From positions 1 to 50,496 of the IMG/VR virus record IMGVR_UViG_3300034069_000710: a DNA stretch of 50,496 nucleotides. The stretch is one strand, 5' to 3'. Position numbers and translations under genes: made by a program. Below the pieces are notes generated by a model. The model was not told where the DNA came from, searched no databases, and saw only the letters and a list, made by a program, of their open reading frames with translations. This document shows positions 32,562 to 40,789 of the stretch, one piece after another (position 1 is the first letter of the stretch; each line of letters starts with the position of its first letter). The stretch comes from a virus.

Positions 32562-33902
32562 ATGATCGTTTTTCGCGACACGGCTACCATCAAGGGCGGA
32601 ACGGGCACCATCACGCCCGAGGGCTACTTTGTCGCCGACGCGCTCGTGGCGCGCGCGAACAATATTCAGGAGTACCGAGCGCGCGAACTAGGGCTTACCG
32701 ACCGGCAGCCCGACGACCTCGTGCGCGTGTTCCGCCCCGAGGCAGAGGTTTTCGCCGTCGATAGCCTGGCGACCGCCGCGCATATCCCGATCACGCTCGA
32801 CCACCCGCCGGTCATGGTCGACGCGCAGAACGTGCTCGAATATCGCCGTGGCGGCACGGGCGGGCAGGTGCTGCGCGACGGCGAATTCATGCGTATCCCC
32901 CTGCGTATCGAGGATGCCGGGGCGGTTACGAGCGTTCGGACGGAGCGCAAAGAATTCTCGCTCGGCTATGCGGCCGACTTGAAGCTAGAGGCGGGCGTTT
33001 TCGACGGGCAGGCGTACGACGCCAGCGTGACGAACATACGATACAACCACCTCGCCGCATGCCGGGCCGCTCGGGGCGGGCCGGAACTGCGTATTATCGA
33101 CGAACGCAGCGTGTTTAATGATACCGTCGCGGGTGCGAAAAAGTGGTTACTTAAAGCCATCGCCTTACACGAAAAACATATGGAAGGCAAAGCCCCCACG
33201 ACGGGCGTTGCGGGGGAAGCGAGCCAAAAACTAATGATGACGCAAATGCAAAATGCGTTGTCCGAAATCACTGGCAGCGCGCCCGACCGCACGCCGAAAA
33301 TGAAAATGGGAGATAACCTAATGCCGCATATCGTAGTGGTCGACGGCTTGCCGGTCGACGTGTCCAACCCTGAATCGGCCGCCGCGGTCGTTAAGGCCGC
33401 TATCACCGCGCGCGATACCGCGAACGGTGCGCTCGAGGCGTCGCAGACGGCGCTCACCACGGCGAACAACACGATTGCCGCCCGCGACGGCGAAATCGTC
33501 ACGCTCAAGGATTCGCTCGAAAAGGCGAAGCTGTCGCCGCAGGCCCTGCGCGACGCGGCCGGCGACTACGCCCGCGTGTCGGCAACCGCGAAGGCGCTCG
33601 GCGCCACCATCACCGATGCGATGGACGCGCAGCAGATTCGCGACGCGGCCGTGGCGCACAAGCTGCCCGGCAAGACCTACGCGACCGACGCCGAGCGCAA
33701 CGCCGTGTTCGACGTGCTCGCCGCGGCCGTGAAGCCGACCGGCCTGACCGACGCCGCGCCCGATCCGCTGCGCGCGTTGCTCGCCGACGGCCAGCCGACC
33801 ACGCTCGGCGACGCGCAGAGCAAGGCTGACCAGGCACGCAACGCGCGGTTCGCCCGTTTCGCCAACGCTCACACCGGCGCCACCGCCGGCGCCGCGCACT
33901 AA
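32562..33902 (+). CDS. DUF2213-type scaffolding / prohead-associated protein
   Basis: PEGYFVADALVARANNIQEYRARELG...VFRPEAEVFAVDSLATAAHIPITLDHP fits my memory of DUF2213. Ala-rich helical C-terminus. Confidence 0.6.
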   Translation: MIVFRDTATIKGGTGTITPEGYFVADALVARANNIQEYRARELGLTDRQPDDLVRVFRPEAEVFAVDSLATAAHIPITLDHPPVMVDAQNVLEYRRGGTGGQVLRDGEFMRIPLRIEDAGAVTSVRTERKEFSLGYAADLKLEAGVFDGQAYDASVTNIRYNHLAACRAARGGPELRIIDERSVFNDTVAGAKKWLLKAIALHEKHMEGKAPTTGVAGEASQKLMMTQMQNALSEITGSAPDRTPKMKMGDNLMPHIVVVDGLPVDVSNPESAAAVVKAAITARDTANGALEASQTALTTANNTIAARDGEIVTLKDSLEKAKLSPQALRDAAGDYARVSATAKALGATITDAMDAQQIRDAAVAHKLPGKTYATDAERNAVFDVLAAAVKPTGLTDAAPDPLRALLADGQPTTLGDAQSKADQARNARFARFANAHTGATAGAAH

Positions 33903-33917
33903 AGGGAGGGCCGACAA

Positions 33918-34436
33918 ATGGCTGTCGTACAGGACGTCTATAACGCCGCACCGGCCAAGGGCTTTGCCGGCCAGGTGACGAACGGCGAGACGAGCAATCG
34001 CATCTCGCGCACCGTGTCGCCCGCCGACGTGGCGGGTATCGCATTCGGGCAGTTTGCATGGGACCTCGCCGTGGCATCCGCCGCGAACGATCACCTCTGC
34101 ACGCTCACCCCGACCGCGAACAAGTGCCTCGGCCCGGCTATCGCCAATCACGGGCAGCAGTCCGTGCTCGGCGTCACCGGTGCGCCGGCCGGTGCGGTCG
34201 GTGCCGACATCTACGGGCCGCGCTCGACGGCGGGCATTTGCACCGAAGGCCGCATTTACGTGCCGGCCGCGGTCGCCGTCGCCAAGGATGACGACGTTTA
34301 CGTGACGCCCGCCGGGCTCGTCACCAACGTCGCGAACGCCGGGGCCAACATCAAGGCGACCACGCCGGCCGGCCGGTCGTGGAAGTTCGACGAGACGACC
34401 GCGGGCGCCGACCTCGCCGCCGTCGTGCTGCGTTAA
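33918..34436 (+). CDS. Putative head decoration / cement protein
   Basis: Strong RBS GGGAGGG. Position is immediately before the major capsid gene. Gly/Ala-rich beta-type sequence. Confidence 0.4.
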   Translation: MAVVQDVYNAAPAKGFAGQVTNGETSNRISRTVSPADVAGIAFGQFAWDLAVASAANDHLCTLTPTANKCLGPAIANHGQQSVLGVTGAPAGAVGADIYGPRSTAGICTEGRIYVPAAVAVAKDDDVYVTPAGLVTNVANAGANIKATTPAGRSWKFDETTAGADLAAVVLR

Positions 34437-34449
34437 AGGGGCAGAGACA

Positions 34450-35394
34450 ATGGAAATCAATTTTCAGGACGCACAGCAGGCCCTCGGCTTCATCGCTCCG
34501 CAGTTGCTGCGCATCAATACCGAAATCGACCTGCAGGTTTACCCCTCGTTCGATTACTCGCGTCTGATGTTCGTTAATACCGATGGCGACATGTGGGACG
34601 TCGGCACCATCTTCTACTCCGGTGACGTCGCGGGTAAGGCGGAATGGCTGTCGCACAAGGGCTTCGATATGCCCTACGCGGATATCAGCACTTCGCAGTT
34701 CCTGCAGGGCTACCACTTCGCCGGCATCGGCTATGAGTGGTCGCTCGGCGAATTGCAGCGCGCCGCCAAGCTGAACCGGAACCTGGGCAACGAGAAGGCC
34801 GGCGCGGCTCGCAAGGTGGCCGAGGCCCGCGTTTACGGCGTCGCCATCCGCGGCGACACCGAAAAGGGCATGACCGGTATCGTGAACGACGCCAACGTGC
34901 CGGCCGCAACGGTCGCTGCCGACGGCACGGCGGGCGCCACCACGTTCGCCAGCAAGACCCCGACGCTTATCAACCGCGACATTAACGCGGTGCTGAACGC
35001 GCCGTTCAATGCCACCGGCGAAACCCATCGGGCGAACACGCTGCTGCTGCCGTCGACCCGGCTGCAGTATATGGCGTCGACCCCGCTCGCCACCGGCAGC
35101 GACACCACCATCCTCAAGTTCATCCGTGAGAACAATTCGTTCACGCTGGAAACCGGGCAGCCGCTTACCATCATCGGCACTCGGGAACTCGAGACCGCCG
35201 GCGCGGGCAACACCGCCCGCATGCTGGCGTACGACAACTCGCGCGAGGTCGTGCAATTCCACCTGCCCGGGCCGCACGAATTCCTGCCGGCTTTCCAAAA
35301 GTCGAGCATGACCTGGGAAGTCGCCGGGATCATGAATATCGGCGGCGTCGAGGTGCGACGGCCCAAGGCGATGGCTTACCGCGACGGCATCTAA
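34450..35394 (+). CDS. Major capsid protein (HK97-fold, DUF2184-like)
   Basis: 314 aa, RBS AGGGG, followed by a strong hairpin terminator, in the canonical position after scaffold and decoration genes. Confidence 0.75.
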   Translation: MEINFQDAQQALGFIAPQLLRINTEIDLQVYPSFDYSRLMFVNTDGDMWDVGTIFYSGDVAGKAEWLSHKGFDMPYADISTSQFLQGYHFAGIGYEWSLGELQRAAKLNRNLGNEKAGAARKVAEARVYGVAIRGDTEKGMTGIVNDANVPAATVAADGTAGATTFASKTPTLINRDINAVLNAPFNATGETHRANTLLLPSTRLQYMASTPLATGSDTTILKFIRENNSFTLETGQPLTIIGTRELETAGAGNTARMLAYDNSREVVQFHLPGPHEFLPAFQKSSMTWEVAGIMNIGGVEVRRPKAMAYRDGI

Positions 35395-35409
35395 GCCGGC
35401 CAGGTAACA

Positions 35410-35438
35410 GGGCGGGCGGGCTTGACGGCCCGCCCTTT
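35410..35438 (+). terminator. Intrinsic terminator after the capsid gene (GGGCGGGC / GCCCGCCC stem, 10-nt loop, TTT)
   Basis: Seen directly, 16 nt after the stop at 35394. Confidence 0.6.
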
Positions 35439-35481
35439 CCGCCGCAGGTCTCGCGAGACTTGCACCGGAAGGGAGCCGACA

Positions 35482-35949
35482 ATGGCAACGCACAACGTCA
35501 AAAATATCAGCACCGGTATTCGCGGTTTTCACTCGGTTGACGGCCTGGTCGAGATCGCACCCGGGCAGACCGCCGAGGATATCGAGATCAACGCCGCGGA
35601 ATATGCTTCGATGAAGCGTACCGGGTGGTTCGACGTCGACGGCAAGCCCGACGAGGCAGACGAGGGCGACAAGGCCCCGGCCGATGACCTTGACAAGACC
35701 ATCAAGGAATTGCGCGAGATCGCCAAGGTGGAAGAAGTCGACCTCGCCGGCATGACCAGCAAGGCCGATATCCAAGGCGCAATTCGCCTGGCGCGCACGG
35801 CCAAGGGCAGCGGCGGCCGCGATGCGGTCGACGAGATGGACGACGACACGCTGCGCACCACCGTGTCGGCCATCACTGGCAAGTCGGCCGAGGACGTCGC
35901 CGACCTCGACCGCCCGGCGCTGCTCGCGCTCGCGCGCGGCCAGGGCTAA
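35482..35949 (+). CDS. Hypothetical acidic protein with HeH/Rho-N-like helical repeats
   Basis: ATG 35482 preceded by GGGAG. KTIKELREIAKVEEVDLAGMTSKADIQGAI resembles a HeH motif. Confidence 0.55.
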   Translation: MATHNVKNISTGIRGFHSVDGLVEIAPGQTAEDIEINAAEYASMKRTGWFDVDGKPDEADEGDKAPADDLDKTIKELREIAKVEEVDLAGMTSKADIQGAIRLARTAKGSGGRDAVDEMDDDTLRTTVSAITGKSAEDVADLDRPALLALARGQG

Positions 35950-35966
35950 GGGCTCGGGGGGTCGGG

Positions 35967-36419
35967 ATGGCCTATACCGAACCGACCCCCGCGGACCTGA
36001 AAGCCCGCTACCCGGCATTCGCCGACGTGAGCGATGCCACCGTGCAGGTGTATCTCGACGATACCCGAACCGCGGTGGACGGCTCGTGGCCTGAATCGCT
36101 CTACTTGCTCGCCAAGGCAGCCAAGGCAGCACACGAGATGGCGCTGCTCGGCATCGGCGTTCGTAGCGAGGTCGAGGGGTGGGCCGCGGCCGGGTTGACG
36201 GCTATCCGCACTGGCGAATTTAACGCATCGTTTTCCGCGGCCAAAGTCGCCAAGGCGAGCGGCGGGACATTGGCCGCGACGCCCTATGGCCTGATATTCA
36301 AACGGCTGCTACGACAAGCGAAAGGCGGCCCGCGCGTCGCCGTCGCCGCGAACCCCTCCTGCGGTTGGGGCCCGACCGCGCAGCAGAATGATGGAGCGAT
36401 TTTGCCATGGCATCCCTGA
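35967..36419 (+). CDS. Head-tail connector protein (DUF4054-like)
   Basis: PTPADLKARYPAFADVSDATVQVYLDDT fits the DUF4054 N-terminus. Position fits. Confidence 0.55.
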   Translation: MAYTEPTPADLKARYPAFADVSDATVQVYLDDTRTAVDGSWPESLYLLAKAAKAAHEMALLGIGVRSEVEGWAAAGLTAIRTGEFNASFSAAKVAKASGGTLAATPYGLIFKRLLRQAKGGPRVAVAANPSCGWGPTAQQNDGAILPWHP

Positions 36420-36826
36420 TCTTTAACAGCCTTCTCGACGACCAGGCGCGCGGGGCGGTCAATTTCGGGTCCGACTCGTTCAAGGCGATGCTCGTTACCT
36501 CGGCGTACACCCCCGATAAGGATGCGCATACCAAGCGCTCGAACGTCACCAACGAAGTGACGGGAACCGGCTATACCGCCGGCGGCGCGAGCGTCACCGC
36601 TACGCCCGCGCTCGACCTCACGAACGACCGAGAAAACATCACCTTCTCGAATCCATCGTGGGCAAACGCTACCATCACGGCCCGCGGCCTCGTCATCTAC
36701 AAATCGCGCGGCGGCGCGGCGACCGCCGACGAATTGGTGGCCTATGTCGATTTCGGTGCCGACGTGACGAGCACGGGCGGCACCTTCTCGGCCACGTTCA
36801 CGGCGCCGCTGCGCTACCAGAATTAA
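36407..36826 (+). CDS. Hypothetical structural protein (139 aa)
   Basis: Overlaps the preceding gene by 13 nt. High GC3. Confidence 0.55.
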   Translation: MASLIFNSLLDDQARGAVNFGSDSFKAMLVTSAYTPDKDAHTKRSNVTNEVTGTGYTAGGASVTATPALDLTNDRENITFSNPSWANATITARGLVIYKSRGGAATADELVAYVDFGADVTSTGGTFSATFTAPLRYQN

Positions 36827-36841
36827 GCGCGGCCCGCCGCC

Positions 36842-38461
36842 GTGGCCATTACTTTCATCGGCTCGGTCGCCGCGGCGGGCACGAACGCGGTATTGCCTGC
36901 CCACCAAGCGGGCGACATTATCTTTGCGTCGGCCTATCAGGGCCTTAATAATACTCAAACAATTACCCTCGCCGACGGATATACGGCCGTTGCCGGCCAA
37001 TCTGGCGTGCCGACTAATTCCCAGGCCATGCGGGTCGCGTATAAAATTGCGCAGTCGAATGCCGAGACCTCCGGCGAGTGGACCGGCGCGGAAGAAGTCA
37101 TCTTTCATGTTTATCGAGGGGTAGACCCGGCGACGCCAATTGGCGGGTCGTCGACGATGAACAGCACGGGCTCCGTGACTTTTGCCACGTTTGCTTTGGC
37201 TATCGCGGATGGCAGTTCATGGGTCGCCGGGTTTTCGGGCTGGCGTTCGATCAGCACCAATCTAGCTACGTCGACGTTCCCCGGCCTAACGCAGCGGAAT
37301 AACGTAGCCCCATCGGGGGGCGCGAGCCGCGCAGTTTCTTTTGATACCGCGGGTCCGGTTACGAGCTTTCCCGATTCCGTGGCGTCGAATGCTACCGGAA
37401 TTCGATACCGCACAGTAGCCGTTGAAATGCGGGCCGCCTCGACGGCGACGGGTGGCGCGGGGTCGGGTAGCATCGGTACGGTCACTGCGACTTCCCCCGC
37501 AGCGGGCGGGGCGGGCGCCGCGGCGGCATCCGGCGCACCAGGCATCATCTCCACCGTACCCCCGGTCGCGCAGGCTACCGGCGGGGCGAACGGTTCAGGG
37601 GCATTCCCGGTTGTTACAGTTGCGGCGCCCGCTGCCGGCGCAGGCGGTACAGCAAACGGCAGCGCGTCGGGTAATACTGGCACGATTAGCACTACCCCGC
37701 CGGCAGCAAGCGCGAGCGGCGCAGGCCGCGCAAATGGCACGCCGTCGACGCTTACCCTCGTAGCCCCCCAGGCCAGCGCTACGGGAGCGGCTACGGGGTC
37801 GGGCAGTATCGGAACCGTTTCGAGCTTTCCGCCGGCGATCACGGTCCCGGGCGGCGGCTCGGCAATGGGCGCGTTTGGCAATGTGTCGTTCGTCGCCCCG
37901 ACGGCATCGGCCAGCGGCATCGCCAATATCGCCGCGGCCCTGCCGAGCTTGCTCATATCGGGCCCTCGTGCCACCGCTGCGGGGGCGGGCCCGGCTATCG
38001 TCGACGGAAACGCCTCGGGAGCTTTTCCGGTCGTCGTGTTCCGCGCGCCGACCGCGGGCGCCAGTGGACGCCGGCCGGTTACGGGTTTGCTTGCCGGTGG
38101 CGCGGCGGCCTTGTTCGGCGAAATTCTCGCGCCGCTCTATCTACCTGCCACGCTGCACCGCGTGACTACCACGTACGACAATCGCGGCAACCCGCGCCGT
38201 GCTATCGCGGGGGTGGGATGTTTGGCGCAGGTTAATCGGGTGACGGCTGCGATGCGAAACGAGCCGGATTTTACTGATACCGACCGGGCAATATTCATTC
38301 TCTCTACCTCGCTCGACGGTGAGGTATCCGAAGGGTCCGAAATCGAAGTGCTGGCCGGGCCATATGCCGGCACTCGGTGGAAAGTCGCCGATCCTATCGA
38401 CCGTGACCCCGCGGCGGCGTATTGGCGGTTCCGTGCTGTTATTGGAAAGGGTCCCGTGTAA
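36842..38461 (+). CDS. Large head-tail module protein: N-terminal domain, about nine degenerate Gly/Ala/Ser/Thr repeats, C-terminal head-tail-joining-like domain
   Basis: Repeats of the type GxAxGSGxIGTVxxxPPAxxA between aa 199 and 409. The C-terminal 115 aa resemble small head-closure proteins. Confidence 0.6.
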   Translation: MAITFIGSVAAAGTNAVLPAHQAGDIIFASAYQGLNNTQTITLADGYTAVAGQSGVPTNSQAMRVAYKIAQSNAETSGEWTGAEEVIFHVYRGVDPATPIGGSSTMNSTGSVTFATFALAIADGSSWVAGFSGWRSISTNLATSTFPGLTQRNNVAPSGGASRAVSFDTAGPVTSFPDSVASNATGIRYRTVAVEMRAASTATGGAGSGSIGTVTATSPAAGGAGAAAASGAPGIISTVPPVAQATGGANGSGAFPVVTVAAPAAGAGGTANGSASGNTGTISTTPPAASASGAGRANGTPSTLTLVAPQASATGAATGSGSIGTVSSFPPAITVPGGGSAMGAFGNVSFVAPTASASGIANIAAALPSLLISGPRATAAGAGPAIVDGNASGAFPVVVFRAPTAGASGRRPVTGLLAGGAAALFGEILAPLYLPATLHRVTTTYDNRGNPRRAIAGVGCLAQVNRVTAAMRNEPDFTDTDRAIFILSTSLDGEVSEGSEIEVLAGPYAGTRWKVADPIDRDPAAAYWRFRAVIGKGPV

Positions 38462-38880
38462 TGCCGATTTTTGGCGCTAAGGCCCACCAGAACCGGCTTG
38501 GCAAGCTGCGCGGCCCGGGGGTCGTGCGTGCGATTACCGCGGTCGTCTATGCATCGGCGCAGGATATCGCAATCGACGCGGCGCACTCGATCACCACGGG
38601 GGCGACCAGCGGCAAAAATCACGAGGCCTCGTTGCCTGGTGAGGCGCCGAACGCCGATACGAGCGTGCTTGACCGCAGCATTGATGCCCGCGTGACCGGC
38701 CCGCTTAAAGCCGAGGTTACCGCCGACGCCCCGTACGCGGCTGCGCTCGAATTTGGCGACGAAAAGCGCAACCTCGCCGAGCGGCCGTACATGCGCCCCG
38801 CCGCCGCGCGTGGGCGGCCGCTAGCGGTAAAACGCATTCAAGACGCCGTGCGGCTAGTGGTGACGCGCAGTGGCACGTGA
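38461..38880 (+). CDS. HK97 gp10-like tail completion protein
   Basis: APYAAALEFGDEKRNLAERPYMRPAA fits the HK97-gp10 family motif. TAATG coupling. Confidence 0.6.
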   Translation: MPIFGAKAHQNRLGKLRGPGVVRAITAVVYASAQDIAIDAAHSITTGATSGKNHEASLPGEAPNADTSVLDRSIDARVTGPLKAEVTADAPYAAALEFGDEKRNLAERPYMRPAAARGRPLAVKRIQDAVRLVVTRSGT

Positions 38881-39340
38881 CGCTAGCCTCTACGTCCGCG
38901 AGGCGGTGGTTTCGCATTTGCGTGCGGCGGTCGTAGGCGGTCATCCGCTGGACGCCGGGCAAATTTGGCCAGCTAAGGCGCCACCGACGTCCCCGTACGA
39001 GAAACTGCAATATGGTCGTCCCGTGACCGTTCCGTACGTCGCGGGGTGCCTGGACGGCTCGACCACCACCTTTGCGGTGCATTCCTTCGCTGAGACCACC
39101 GGCGAGGGAGACGCGACGGTAGGCGGGGAATCGCGCGCGCACGAGCTAGCGGCGTGGGCCGCGGCGGTGCTCGGGGGAAATGACGAGCGCGGCCTATCGC
39201 TCGATCTGCCGAGCGTGAGCGGCTGTCCCTTTCCGGCTGTCGTGCATATCGAGTGGACCGGCACCCAAGTGATAAGCGATGGGTTGGGGACAGACGCATT
39301 CCACGGTATAGCTACCTTTTCCGCTACTGTCGTAAGCTAG
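38870..39340 (+). CDS. Tail terminator-like protein (DUF3168-like)
   Basis: Position and size fit. N-terminal LYVREAVVSHLRAAV pattern. GTG start overlapping the previous gene. Confidence 0.45.
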   Translation: MARDASLYVREAVVSHLRAAVVGGHPLDAGQIWPAKAPPTSPYEKLQYGRPVTVPYVAGCLDGSTTTFAVHSFAETTGEGDATVGGESRAHELAAWAAAVLGGNDERGLSLDLPSVSGCPFPAVVHIEWTGTQVISDGLGTDAFHGIATFSATVVS

Positions 39341-39352
39341 GGAGCACAAGCG

Positions 39353-39628
39353 ATGACTGACAAGACCACCAAAGGCGCGATGTCGACCGCCGATCCGGTC
39401 GAGACCACGCCGGCCGATCCGGCAGCTACCGCCGAGGCGGAAAGCCGCACGGGTTCTCGCTCGCCAATCGTGCGTTTTGGCAAGGACTTCGACTATACGT
39501 GGCCGTCGCGCGCCATGACCAATTATCCCGCCGGCTTCCAGGGTCGCGTCAAGGCCGAGGTCGCCGACGCCGCGCAGGCCGCCGGGGTGCTCGTAGACCC
39601 GGTGGACGAGCCCGCCGAAACCGCGTAA
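39353..39628 (+). CDS. Hypothetical protein (91 aa)
   Basis: ATG preceded by GGGAG. Confidence 0.55.
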   Translation: MTDKTTKGAMSTADPVETTPADPAATAEAESRTGSRSPIVRFGKDFDYTWPSRAMTNYPAGFQGRVKAEVADAAQAAGVLVDPVDEPAETA

Positions 39629-39656
39629 CAACCGATTTTCATAGGGAGGCCGCAAC

Positions 39657-40112
39657 ATGGCGCAGCCGGATATTGTCAAGGGTACGTACGTCGACCTCCT
39701 TTACGGAGATGGCGCTACGACCGAACTGTTCACGCCGTTTTGCGGCCTTACCGCCCGGTCGTTCACGCAGCAGGGCAACACCAACGACGTGTTCGTGCCC
39801 GACTGCGCCGACCCGGAAAGCGTGCCGACCCGCCGCCTCGTGCCGACCGGCAAGCAGTGGGACCTTTCGGGCGAAGGGCTGCTCAACCTGGCGCAGCGTG
39901 CCGCAATCGATGCGCTGTTCATGAAAACCAAAAACTACCGGTTCCGCATCGCGCGGCCTGCCGGTTCGATTGTCGGCGCGGGCTACTATCAGGGGCCGGC
40001 GATGCTCACCAATATCCAGTGGGGCGGCTCGACCGGCAACGGCGAATTCGCTACCGGCTCGCTCACGATTGCCAGCGATGGCGATTGGGTTTGGACGGCG
40101 CAGACCACCTAA
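39657..40112 (+). CDS. Major tail tube protein (TP901-1/GTA g9-like, Phage_tail_2)
   Basis: RBS GGGAGG. GDGATTELFTPFCGLTARSFTQQGNTNDV...GKQWDLSGEGLL...GEFATGSLTIASDGDW fits the family pattern. Confidence 0.8.
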   Translation: MAQPDIVKGTYVDLLYGDGATTELFTPFCGLTARSFTQQGNTNDVFVPDCADPESVPTRRLVPTGKQWDLSGEGLLNLAQRAAIDALFMKTKNYRFRIARPAGSIVGAGYYQGPAMLTNIQWGGSTGNGEFATGSLTIASDGDWVWTAQTT

Positions 40113-40115
40113 GCC

Positions 40116-40598
40116 ATGCAGACGCATATCGATCTCTACTTCGCCAACGGCGCATACCGCTTTGCCCTTGGGCTCGAGCAGGTCAACGAACTGCAAAACG
40201 TGTGCGGGGATGGCATTGGCGCCATTTACGCCCGCGTTTTGCAGGGCCGTTCCACCGATGACGTGACGGTATCGCATCCCGCGTACGGGGCGTACAAGCT
40301 CGCCGACCTCGTGGAGACCGTACGGCAAGGGCTGATCGGGGGCGGGCAGGGGATTGTCGACGAGCAGCCCGTGAAGGTCGAGGCCATGCGGGCGAACCAA
40401 CTCGTCGCCAACTATCTTCACGCCATGCCCCTCGCCAAGCAGTGGGACCTCGCCGCCGCTATCTTGTTCGCCAAAATCGAAGGCCACGAGCCGGGGGAAA
40501 CGATCAACGCCCCCGACGAGACGGCAACCGAGGCGGATAAAAAAAAAGTGGGCGAGCAGGATGGTTCGACTACGCCGGAGCCCTCGCCGATTGCTTGA
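40116..40598 (+). CDS. Tail assembly chaperone (GTA g10-like), G-type product
   Basis: Position between tube and tape measure. FANGAYRFALGLEQVNELQNVCGDGIGAIYARV resembles GTA-gp10. Contains an A9 run near its 3' end. Confidence 0.65.
   Translation: MQTHIDLYFANGAYRFALGLEQVNELQNVCGDGIGAIYARVLQGRSTDDVTVSHPAYGAYKLADLVETVRQGLIGGGQGIVDEQPVKVEAMRANQLVANYLHAMPLAKQWDLAAAILFAKIEGHEPGETINAPDETATEADKKKVGEQDGSTTPEPSPIA
40539..40547 (+). other. A9 slippery run (A_AAA_AAA in the zero frame); candidate -1 programmed frameshift site joining 40116..40598 to the frame of 40598..40789
   Basis: Frame arithmetic done by hand. The -1 frame is open from 40547 to the stop at 40789. Confidence 0.5.
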
Positions 40599-40789
40599 TG
40601 ATGGGCATTCCCCCGAGCGACGCTAAACGCCTCACCTATTGGGAGTTCACAGCGATGCGGCACGGGTGGAACGAACGCCACAAGCTGCCCGACGCCGAGG
40701 GCGAACCCGTCGAGGCGCCAAGTATCGAATTCGTGCGCGCTCGACAAGCGGAGTTGCACGCGCTCGGTATTAGTGGGACACAGCACTAA
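40598..40789 (+). CDS. Tail assembly protein (GTA g11-like), or the T-extension of a G/GT frameshift product
   Basis: TGATG coupling. PPSDAKRLTYWEFTAMRHGWN resembles the small protein that precedes the tape measure in GTA-like clusters. Confidence 0.55.
   Translation: MMGIPPSDAKRLTYWEFTAMRHGWNERHKLPDAEGEPVEAPSIEFVRARQAELHALGISGTQH

Noticed and set aside
34351-36132. Very long minus-strand ORFs opposite the structural genes. Examples are 593 aa at 34351..36132, 380 aa at 33318..34460, 287 aa at 37111..37974, 284 aa at 29698..30552 and 250 aa at 30179..30931.
   Set aside because: They are antisense shadows typical of high-GC DNA. The translations are Arg/Gly/Ala/Pro-rich and low in complexity, with no RBS or motifs. 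They fully overlap plus-strand genes that have recognisable families and coupled starts.
37436-38068. Repeat region of the 539-aa protein as a diversity-generating retroelement target.
   Set aside because: There is no reverse transcriptase and no template repeat elsewhere in the genome. The repeats are degenerate at the protein level rather than showing adenine-specific variation.
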